A program made the position numbers and the translations under genes. Shown piece by piece: positions 53,432 through 64,000 of a stretch of DNA of 64,000 bases (position 1 is its first letter; the number at the start of each line of letters is the position of its first letter). The stretch lies in assembly GCA_965235115.1 (NCBI GenBank), contig OZ249442.1, positions 13,268,001-13,332,000 of the forward strand. The letters are read 5' to 3'. The stretch is from Laetmonice hystrix (taxonomy: Eukaryota). Under the pieces are notes generated by a model. That model was given only the letters and a program-made list of their open reading frames with translations, made no database searches and was not told where the DNA came from.

Positions 53432-53988
53432 TCATGGTATGTCCATCTTATTAAACATCCTGGCCAAGGCATCTTTTTATTTTTAACAGAACTCCATGCT
53501 TCCAAAGAAAATACAAGTAACACAAGAAATGCAAAACAACAAAATTAATTCATAATTTCAAAATGTACACAAGGTAACAAGCAAACAAAACAATCGTAAC
53601 ACAGCTGGTATATTTGGATAGATTAGTGACCAGGGTCAATAAAAGATAAAATTGTACTTTATTTGAACAAAATAACTGAACATAACAAAATAAAAAATTA
53701 CTTGGCAACAACGTCTGTAATATCACATGAAATTAACATTGCACTGAACAAAATAACTTATGGACTGTAATGTGTAATGCATGATAGCATACATAATACT
53801 GTAACATTAAAACATAATACTGCAGCAGTAAATCATAATTATATATATAAATAATGTCCCCAGTCCTAATTAAATTGGCAAGCCAACTGGGCAAGCCAGA
53901 TCCTTATCTACCTTACCACTATATATGATTGCAACATCTCGAATCCTGCAGAACAAACACAGGGGTTTACCGGTATCATAGAGATAGG

Positions 53989-54982
53989 GTAAGGTGGGGC
54001 AATATGAGCACCTTAACAATTTTGACCTGGTAAAACTGCTGGTACTGCCCAATGCATTCATGTAGTATTTCATCATCAAAAGTCTAGTATAGGCTGTATT
54101 TCTGACATAAAATAACTGTAGGGTCCTATTAAAAAATTAAGTAAATCGCAATAAACAATTTAATTAAATATGCTCATATTCCCCGTCCTGATTGCTAATA
54201 TGAGCACATGCTCATATTACCCCAAAATGGCAAAAATAGATATCGAAATGGTATGTTAACAAACTTATTAAAAAAGATGACGTCAAAGTTATCGTCTAGG
54301 CTACAGCTGTTATCATTCCCAAGTCCAAATGTGGGCGGTAAATGACGTTTGGTTACCAATATTTAAAATGTCAGGAAATAATCCTATATCAACATATGCT
54401 CATATTACCCCCAGTTGTGCTACTATGCCAATAAATGAAGATATTATTGTTTCATTATCAAGAAATTACACACATCAATATTTCATGGAATCATTAATTT
54501 TATTAATAAAATATGATCCAGAGGTGTTTTAGAGGGGACCGGGGGGCTCGGCTCCCCTTGGTACAAATTCTGGATTTTTATGGTGGCTTGCAGGCCTTTC
54601 ATTATGGGAATCCCTATGCTCATAATACCCCCCCCCCCCTAGGTGTGCTCCTATTCCCCGCAGGTCTGACATTATGCAATGTCTCGTACCCTGCTATCGT
54701 TTATTTAACGCTGACAAGAGACATCGAACTGCCAATAAAATATGAAGTTGTGTCTACCAGGGTAGTCTTGCGAAGGCACCAGAACATGAAACATGTGTAA
54801 AATGTTAAGAAAATGGGTCTTAAAATTTAATCTTCTCTTTTCTTCAAACTGTGCCACCGAGGGCTACGAAATTTTCGTATGCTATCGGCCTTAGTTAGTG
54901 CTGCAAGAAAAACACCAGAGGGCCCTACCCCCTGCGGTTCTGGGTTTCTGTACTGGAGGGTGCTCATATTTCCCCGCTTTAC
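53989..54982. mobile_element. About 1-kb non-autonomous TIR element nested in the foldback element
   Basis: The 23-bp TIRs are GTAAGGTGGGGCAATATGAGCAC and GTGCTCATATTTCCCCGCTTTAC (3 mismatches). The TGCTCATATT(A/T)CCCC motif recurs internally near 54171, 54197 (reversed), 54209, 54397, 54617 and 54646. Confidence 0.6.
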
Positions 54983-57623
54983 ATCTTTTGTTCCCTGCCT
55001 TTACCCTGAAACATCCGGTAATTAAGTAGAAAGATTACTGGAAACTCCAAGGATACCTCTGTCGATCACCTATAAAATGCAATAGAAGCCAAATCAAATA
55101 CATTAAAAAATGTTGACGTTTCAGCCACAATTTACAGTATGGGGGTAGGGTTAATAAAATCATTACAGGTCCATTGATTTTGGTTCGATTTTCATAATGT
55201 TTACTGTGGAATGACTATAATGTTTGTTGAAAAGAATGGCACATTGCCTCATGCCATAACTTAGGGCGTAGTTGATTAATAATGAAGTAAAGATGAAGAT
55301 AATGAATAAAATGCACAAAAATCAGGGGCGCTTTTGCATAAAAATGGTGCTCAATCATTTGGAAAGGTTTTGTAAGTGTATTTTTTAACTTGATGTTGTC
55401 AACACATGTGTTCTGTGTATCTGGGATGCATTTATTGACAGCCTACACAACCCACTGAAGATTTTTAGGAAAAATACATTTTTCGCTAAAAAAACAAAGG
55501 GCGCATATACAAAAATGGCCACAATTTTTTTTCGCAAGGTTTCCGGCAGAGCAGACCTCTCATTCAGTGGACCTTAATGTCCAAATTAATAGAAAAAACA
55601 CAAACAAAAAGTATAGCAGGCCATGTCAGGTTCAACCCATTTTATTGAGCTTTTGGGCCTGTGGATCCCCGACTAAAAACATGTTATAGGACCGGGATTT
55701 CAGGTTGTCAGGCTCTACAAAGAATCATTTAGACCTTTGCCTGGTGCGGCCATTGTCGAATTATAACGTCCAATGAGTGTACATAGTTGTAAGGAGCCTG
55801 TTTCTTTCATGAAGATTGTGTCTTTCTATGAAGAGGCGTTGAATGATCACCACTCACTCAGCACAGAGACAGGCTCCCAGCTCGCAGACTCCCCCAAGGC
55901 CACACGTCAGGGTCGTTCTCCATAGACCAGTATATTGACTCGGGCCTTTGTGATAATAATTGGGGTCGGGGTTTTCATGGCCAGTTATGGCGGGACATAC
56001 CGCTATAGCTGGTGGTCTTGTGGCCGGAGCTGGTGGTCTTGTGGCCGGAGGTCTACCCCCTCCCTCCGCGCCCACCCCCGGCCCTGAGTTCATGGAAAGC
56101 CTTCTATGACTGGAGTGCCAAAGGCTGTGGTTTCCTCCTTGTCAATAGGAACCATCGTTGATTTCCCAGGGAACCCGCTCAACCCTTTCGGACGGACGTG
56201 CCAATAATCGGTCATAAAGGACTTGTGAAAAATGTCCGATTGTTGCAGTAGTCAGTTCCCAGCGCCGACGTCATTATAGCAACGGTCCGTTGGGGAGAAA
56301 ATGTTGTGTGTGTTCGGAAGACTGGATTCACGTCTGTCGATTCCTGCCCACAGTATCGTGAGCACACATACGGAGATTTATGTGTCATGGTTTCACCGAT
56401 CTACACTTGTGTTTGTCTTACTTCAATGACGTCAGATCTATGCCATTTCCATGCACGTAAATGAGTAAAACAAAAGCCAGTTCAGCCATGCAATGCTACC
56501 ATTTTGTAATGGAACCATTCTTAGTTTACTGCTCAAACCCGGCAACTAAAATACTGTATAACATTTAGGTTTCCGTGAGAAATGAAGAACAAGGCCAGAG
56601 AAGAAGGACGCTCAATCTGATGTTATTCCTCATGATATCCCTTTGGATGGTAACCAGCAACAGAAAAAATGATTTAATTTGAGAACCCAATTAGCCGAGT
56701 GTAACATGAGCACAGAGTACAGCGGACGGTATGTTGGGAGGAGGTAATGTACGTGGCTTTGATGTCGACAGGAGCAGTTATTTACCCAGCTGAGTGGATG
56801 GGATCAGGGAGGAGGAGGAGGAGGAGGAGGGCTGGGGCTGGTGATGGCAGAGGGCGGGCAGCCTCATCACGTAACTCGACAAGTCAGCAGTCACCAGAGT
56901 TTATCAGCGCTAAGGTGCATGTTACCTGGTCCATACATTGACGATCAAATAAATGGTCCGCGTATTCCATAATGGAAGTTAAAAAATATGGCAATAACTG
57001 TTTAGCGTGACTAGTAATATGCCGTGTTGGCGTGTGAGGTTGAATCGACTCCCTTCAGATTCTGTCTGCCATGCGACATTCTTGTTTTCCTGTTCGGATA
57101 AAACTCAAAAGGGTTTAGATATTTTAACGGGAGTGAAATAAAATATTATTTGCAACGGAATTCCGCATTTCCGTGGGTAAAACTCTCTCCTCCAGTGTTT
57201 TAGTTGCCCCAGAAACCTCGGCCCTCAGGTAAAAATTGGCCCTGCCGCCTATTACAGTGCCCCCTGTCAACAGTTTGTTTCATCATCAACCTTTAAGAGG
57301 TCAGTTCGGGTATTTACCTCCCTGCACTAGTCCCTTTGAACTTGGCATGGGTGCATAACTTTGTCACCAGTGGCTAAAACATCTGAGGGGAAGGGACTCA
57401 GTCGTGTCTGACTACAGAAGTAGAAACATTTAGGACGAATTCAGGAGTTGAGACTACCTTAGAATCAGATTGAAGAGGGCTTGATTGAACCATTCCTGGA
57501 CAGCGTGGGAGTATAGCCAGCTCACTCCCAAAGGTCAGTGTCAGGCATCTCGCCAAGGTTTGGTCACAGAATAGGTAGATGTAGGGTACTCTGTGGTTTG
57601 GTCACGAGTCAGTCTGGAAGAAT

Positions 57624-57896
57624 AATACTGGGAGGTACAGTGAATGAGATGAGCATCACCTATCGGGGCCGAACCACGCTGGTGAATAGAGGGTACAAAT
57701 CTCAAAGAAACAACAATACTGGGAGGTACAGTGAATGAGATGAGCATCACCTATCGGGGCCGAACCACGCTGGTGAATAGAGGGTACAAATCTCAAAGAA
57801 ACAACAATACTGGGAGGTACAGTGAATGAGATGAGCCTCATCTATCGGGGCCGAACCACGCTGGTGAATAGAGGGTACAAATCTCAAAGAAACAAC
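57624..57896. repeat. 91-bp tandem repeat, 3 copies
   Basis: TATCGGGGCCGAACCACGCTGG occurs at 57661, 57752 and 57843. Confidence 0.95.
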
Positions 57897-60800
57897 CAAA
57901 AGGAATGAAGCAACAACCAGATTGATTACCTGTTTAATAATGGAATGAAGAGGGGGGGGGGCATAGAATTTTAGATGAAGAACTCACAAAAGATCTACCA
58001 ATAATGAAGTGAGTAGGAGAGGAAGGAAACATTGAGAACCGTCTAATTTCTGATCACCTGCCAGTACCCAGTGGAGGAACTGACAGCACCACTTGTCACG
58101 ATGTAGGGGGTATTGAGACAGAACGTTTATTTTCTGTTCTTCATTACTGAGAGTTATTAACAGAATGATTACTTCAGTAAATGAACCTAGCACATCCACG
58201 TGCGAGACTCATCTACCCTGTAGTGCTGGCACTGGCTTTCGAGATTTATGGATTTGTTATAAAGTGATCGATTGTGATTGTTGTGTAATGAAATGTCGTA
58301 AAAAGAGTTTTTTTTCAAAATTCTAAGAGAAAAAGCTGTTAGAATTTTGCGTAGTCCCCCCCCCCCCCGCTAAATTGAAAGTTGTGAAGGAAAGAAAAGT
58401 CAGTTTAGTTCACCTTAGATTTGCAACAGGTCGTAGAGTTTTATTTATTTTTTAATTTTTAGTATTAATCACAAATCCTCAGTGAAAGTTAACTGTTTAT
58501 GTCAGCCTTTGCTTCAATGTATTTCAGTAATACCAGTATTTCAGTAAAAGTATTTTGTCTTCCCACCCCCTACCGCCAGCCCCGATATGATGTATCCAAC
58601 GTCTGTTGCTTATCTTCAGTGTCACGTCAGCAAACAATGAGGAATGCATAACGGCAATCTATCAATTGTTGCTTTGAAATTACGCAACCACGTGACAACT
58701 GATGTAATTCTCCTCATAGAAAAAAACTGAATTCGATCTAAATGACGGAATTGAGTGTTTCATAACACATTTTCCCACGAACTCTCTAACAATTACGGAC
58801 TGAGAGTTGATTTCACTGCAGTGGAGCAGATGTTTGTACAAATCATACCAAAGGTTTGCCCGTCAAACAGATGGGCCGAGAGAAATATTCCGCAATACTT
58901 CAGGCACGGTACAGAAGAATACTGTAAATTTACTGGACCAAATGAGTGCATATGGTTCTTTGTGGTGATATTTAGATGATTGAAATAAGTGGTCTTTGAG
59001 GGAAGAAATATTCTGGGCCTGGTCGTGCTAATATTGAGACCGGCCAAACACTGGGTATAGCCATGATACTCGAGGACCGATTGGAAGATGAAACTCGGAA
59101 CCTTTAAGACATTCGAGGAAGAACCAGAAGTGTCGGTTACTTATTCAAAGCCAGTTCTCCTTCAGTCGCCATGATGACCAGTTTTAAACGTCAGGCTCGT
59201 GGATACATACAGGTGAAATCAGATTCCTGTAGAACAAATACCGCTTCATGTTCTGAGGAGAACCAGCGCCTTCGAAATCTGCGCAACGCCATGCTGCTGG
59301 CAAGGCGATCTCCAAGCGGTTTGCCAGCCAGACCTTGGCGGCATTGCCCCCCCCCCCATCTTCCCCCGATCCCTCCACCACCTCCCTGGAGCTAGATCAA
59401 CGACGCTTTGATCGCGGCCAACCAGAGGGAAGTGGCGGTTCACACCGTCGTCCTGATTGAATATGAAGTTTGGAGGGTGGTGTGGTCTCACCTCAGGCTT
59501 GGGGAGGTTCTGTGTGTGTAGGGACCCCCACCCCACACCCACACCCCCGGCGGCCAGTATTGAGAGAGATCTCCATGGTGCCAAAGGTCATACGTTCAGA
59601 TGCAGGCGCCATTTCCTCAGATCAAAAATGTACATCTTATGTTGACAGCCCAGTTCTTGATGTGACGTGATTTATGACGTAATCCTTCGGGATTGGATGT
59701 GGCACCTTCTCTCCGGTTTGAAGTGTATGCTCCACATGAAATATGGATTAGAAATGAAAAGGGCAAGAATTTTATGACTGAAATAGAAATAACGTATATA
59801 TGTATGCTCCTCAAAGAAAGTGTTTTAATGACCAATCTGAAGTCTGTTTAAAGACGGAACCAAAGGCAGATCTGTGAAACGTCATATCCTATTTAAGGGA
59901 GTAAGCTAAGGATTATGTAAAATTTCTAATTTCTGATTGAGTCGGCTATTTTTGAATATTCGACATTTTGTGTGAACATCTGCTGCACCTCAAAGAATAA
60001 AGACGGTCGTGTTGCCAAGACACGAAATGATAACGTTAGTTTTAGTCAGATGAAGCGGTCCCTAAATATCTCTATCAGTGAGTGTTCCGGCGATCCCTTT
60101 GAAATCTTGCGCGCCGACATTTGAAAGACCATGCTCGGTCGTCTGCTCCGGATCGCGCCTCCCATTATCTTGAGGGAAAAGATTTGCCGAAACTGAAATA
60201 GAATTCCATCTCCTGTGACGTCCTCGCTAGGCACCATTTCAATCAGGATGGCCAGGGAAGCTGTAATCCCAGTGCTTTCCTTGGCCCGTTCTCTGGGTAA
60301 GAACCTTTCCTGGGACTAATCTTCCTGAAGATGAGGGTAGTCTGCTAATCTTCTTACCGCAATCTTAGGGAGGTCTCACCTGGATTGAGTTGAGTTCATG
60401 GCCTGGAACATCACCTGATTAATAAAGTTTTAATTATCGCAAGGTGACCTCAGTGACTAAGGTCATCTCACAGGAGCATATCCGGTGTAAAAGGCCAGAG
60501 TCTGTATCGAACTCCAAGAGCACTGTTCAGAAGGCGTTTTCAAATGGCAGTTTTCATTTAGACAACGGATGCTTGTGGTACAATGCCACTTTAATTGCTG
60601 TAAATGAGTTATGACAAAAGAGGGTTTGCTAATACGATGCTCAACTTGAACAAATATAATGGCTCTTGTTTCCTGGAACCTCAGATTGTTTATGTCTTTG
60701 AAGAGGAGATAACTGGGGGTAATTTGCCGAGTTACCAGCTGTCGAAAACCATAATTCTTTTCAAGTAAAGCTGTACAAATATTTTCTGTAAGTAGGTTGG

Positions 60801-62359
60801 CACTTAGAAAAAGCAGTTGTTACTTTATCCTGTTAACACTCCGATGCATTGAATCTGCGAATAGTGCCATTTGTTTTCTAACCGTTTTGGAATACCTTCG
60901 AATCATTCACTTTTCATAATAGGCTTTGTGTGATGAAAGGTTTGATATAATAATATTATAGTTGCCAAGCCATCGTGACATTAAAAGGAAGGCATAAGCC
61001 ATGTTGAAAATCCCATGCTTCATTTGCTTATCTCACTTCATGTCGGCGGGTGCAGTTTTCCATTGAACCAGTGCTTTGGGGTCGCGAATTGATTCGGATC
61101 GGAAAAGACAGGAAGGAGGTCGCAGTTTGGCATTTCGCCACTGACGCTTGTACTCGTCGCAGAAAGATCTAGCAGACATAAGTATAGCAATTTCCTGGAT
61201 GGTAGTTCCATCCCAGGTATTTGAGGAGGCTCCACCCGGTAATTTCACCATCATCCCCCAGCTGAGAATGAACAACCTGGTATTGTGAAGGAAACAATAG
61301 ATTTTAAACGCTGGGAGGCGAGGAGTTACGATTGGGACGGTTCGGTTCAGCGGGAGAAAAAGCCTGGCTCTAGAATTGTGTGGATCAGTCACGGACGCCA
61401 GGCTCGAACAAACACCGATCAGCAGGCGGGACCAACCCTCTGGCTAGCCGCACAAACTGACAGCTAAATAACTGCAGCAATTTAGCAAAATTGCACAGTA
61501 GGCACAGACAACATAAGTGGTTTAACGTGTTATATATGTGTTCTGGTTATATATATATTTTTACCATTTTTTGATATCGTAAAAGGAACATTTTTTTTTA
61601 AATATGAATTTTATATTCGACTTAAGCCACCCCTGAGTTGATTATCTATATTCGATGCCATTATTTTGGGCTGTGATAAGAAGCTGAGACTGTAAGAAGT
61701 CATTCCGTTAATTGAACAATTGTCTGGATTTTTCCTGTCGTGTAGGAGATCAAAGACCGCTGTGGGAGATCGACGTGTGAAGTAGAAGTACTCCGACATT
61801 GATTTCTCTCTCATGGAATCCGTTCAAACGCGAGTTTCAATTGATTGATATTTTACCTGGGGCGTTGAACTGTTGCACGCCAAGAACAGGCACGCAGGCG
61901 GGTAGGGCTCGTAGGTCAGGGTTAGATAAAGACAGGCAGGATTTATAGGGTCAAGGGAAACCATGGACAGACAGGGGTTAGAAGGTGGAATGGGACAGGC
62001 ACCGAGATTCAGGGACAGCAGTATCGAAAGTCTTGGCGAGACAGTTACGAGCAGAATTGGCGATTCAGTTCAGGTTCTCATACTCGCCTGGATTTCAGGA
62101 ATTTTGTCGTTTGCATGAGAAGTGATCTCGCAAAAAGTCCGTAAGGTGTAAGACTTTTTTTTCTCCCTGCCTCCGACTGATTGTGGCCACCAGACCAAAT
62201 AAAGTGCATCCTCCTCGGAAGTGGATAAGAATAATCTAAATGCTATATATTATTCACAACACATCCATCATTTAAGCAAATATTTCATGATTGCATCATT
62301 TTGGGTAAGAAATTCAATGCCAGGAACAATTACCATGGCACAAATCCCTTTTCGCTTTC

Positions 62360-62665
62360 TGAGGCGGAAGTGTTGGGTATGAATTGACAACGACCCAAAC
62401 CTATTTGTTGTGAGTAGGCTCTCGTCGCGCGGGCTGTGCCACCCGGCCGGAAGTGAAGGGGCCTCCGCTTGCCGAACTAATCCGAGCCAATCTGGCCGAC
62501 AATCCCTTCTGATGGACTGTAGTGTCCACCAACTGCCCGCTAGGGGACGCCTCTGGTGGACAAACGGCAGCCTCCTCCTCAGTCTGTCCACCCGGAGTCG
62601 TCCGGTTACTATGGCAACAATAAGATTTGATTAGAAACTGTATCAGGGTTGCGGGGGGTCAGGTA
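62360..62665. promoter_or_regulatory. Promoter-like CpG-rich patch with RFX X-box, ETS and CCAAT motifs
   Basis: Motifs are GCGGAAGTG (62364), CCGGAAGTG (62447), CCAAT (62487) and GTTACTATGGCAAC (62605-62618). A possible donor CAG|gtaatg lies at 62663. Confidence 0.45.
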
Positions 62666-63674
62666 ATGCACAGCTTTAGGGCTTCATCGTTGGTGCAATG
62701 AAGAAGTTAGAATGCAGCGCGAGCAGCCACACCAAGGGTGTACCCATGGACAGTCAGCGTTATTATGGGGCCATTACCATGCAAACTGAGGACTACCACA
62801 GGCAGTTACTGGGTGCTAAGGTCGTTAGCTTGGAGCAATTAGCATCGTATAGACGCCGGTACCAGGGCATGGCATGGCATTATCAGGAATTGGAGTGAGA
62901 CCTTTGCCCTGACAGTACTGTGGTACGGTTGGGGATAGGGGAGGTTGGGAATTTCTTGTCTTGTCTCCATGACAGGTTAAACAGTTACTTTGGACGTCAT
63001 CAGTTACTATGACACCCATTAATAAACTGTTCAGTCAGTCCATAGAACTCGGTCTTTCCCTTGACAGTTGTAATTCAAAGGGTCACGGAGATTTACAGGG
63101 TTCGATTTTTTTCTTACATTTTGATATCAAGTATAGAATCAGGTGATTTCGGAACATCACCGGAAAGCAGTACATTTTGGGAATGCTCTGATGGGAATTG
63201 ATGTGACTCTCTGACCTCGTGATTGCGAGACGACTTGAAGATGTGTTTGGGTGGATTGGGTACGTGTATTCAAGTAATACCAGTCATTCGTAACCAAAGC
63301 CGGGGGTAACTGAATTCGTGAGTAAAGTGTTATTATAAACAAATTACGGTTGGTCGTTATTACTCAGGACGGTTAGTGATTGTGACGGAGTGATGGCACT
63401 GAAATGTCGTTCTCTCAGTGATCACCCCCACCACATGTTATCACACCATGAACACACATTGTAACAGGTCTACACTGAACAGATGCGTCCATACAACATG
63501 TGCATCAAATATGTCTTCTGATATAAATCCTACATGCTAACAACATACACGTTAAATATACGGGACTATCTAATATATGTCTATGTGAACAGAACGATAT
63601 ATTTTACAAGATACACCGTCTAATATACCAAATGCTTTCCGTCATCAACACGCATCATTTCCTGTATGTTTCAG

Positions 63675-63692
63675 ATCAAACCACCAGACAAG
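63675..63692 (+). other. Candidate 18-nt microexon (host gene and frame uncertain)
   Basis: The context is catcatttcctgtatgtttcag|ATCAAACCACCAGACAAG|gtaagc, with strong acceptor and donor, a length divisible by 3 and no stop in any frame (DQTTRQ in phase 1, IKPPDK in phase 0). Confidence 0.5.
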
Positions 63693-64000
63693 GTAAGCGT
63701 CCGCTCATACGGCCTCATCCTCCTTTATCCTATTACCTGTCCATACAAAATGTTACCATGACAACCCTGGAGAAGATGCTCCACACTGGGCCTTTCCGAT
63801 GTCCTACATGTAGTGCTGTCAACCATCAGGGAGGCTTCTTGTGCCCAGTGCCCGGCTTTTGTAAAGTTCTTCTAGATTGGTCTGGTCATACCGAGGTATT
63901 GAATATACAAAAACCAGTGTATATTTATAAAAGGGACACGTCTCGCTTTCATAAAGCTGTTCCGCTTACAAATTGTTACCAGACCTTAAGTAAACCAAGT

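Larger units (their letters stand above)
52427..55673. mobile_element. Foldback-like element with ~690-bp inverted arms, flanked by TA
   Basis: The ends are TA|GTCGGGGATCCA ... TGGATCCCCGAC|TA. The arms (~52427-53110 and ~54983-55673) align as reverse complements, including a perfect 58-bp block (52656-52713 / 55387-55444). No transposase ORF is evident. Confidence 0.75.

Noticed and set aside
55927-56090. Hydrophobic stretch TRAFVIIIGVGVFMA as the missing transmembrane exon
   Set aside because: It requires phase 0, but the LDLa exon ends in phase 1. The phase-1 frame is not hydrophobic and soon stops.
1893-57896. Regular repeat arrays as CRISPR
   Set aside because: The units are contiguous copies without unique spacers, there are no cas genes, and the context is eukaryotic introns.

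Overview
This is eukaryotic (animal, probably invertebrate) genomic DNA. I see no operons, rRNA, tRNA or CRISPR. The only protein-coding gene I can support is on the + strand and has three phase-compatible exons (6150-6238, 25790-25851, 47926-48072). They join into the C-terminal part of a CUB domain followed by an LDL-receptor class A (LDLa) module: KQAGGNGGLCGDKLPPAIHSTGPFLTIYF-R-TDASGPKGKGFRLIITAFSE-D-FEKYGSCGGAFQCDNKKCVDKSLMCDTIDHCGDFSDESAFGGAQCGKM. The two introns are about 19.6 and 22.1 kb. I did not find the upstream exons or a terminal/transmembrane exon. The non-coding sequence holds about 15 unrelated minisatellites (about 12% of the window), several MITE-like elements, a 3.2-kb long-inverted-repeat element with nested insertions, and a LINE reverse-transcriptase remnant. 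Almost all long ORFs in the supplied track are tandem-repeat artefacts. The most unusual feature is the 81-bp array at 6171-7545, which is the 3' end of the CUB exon plus its 5' splice site amplified into 17 tandem CAG|GTAAGT donors. Each copy has an in-frame stop and an AG|GT junction resembling a recursive splice site. A strong 18-nt microexon candidate and an RFX/ETS promoter-like patch lie near the right end.
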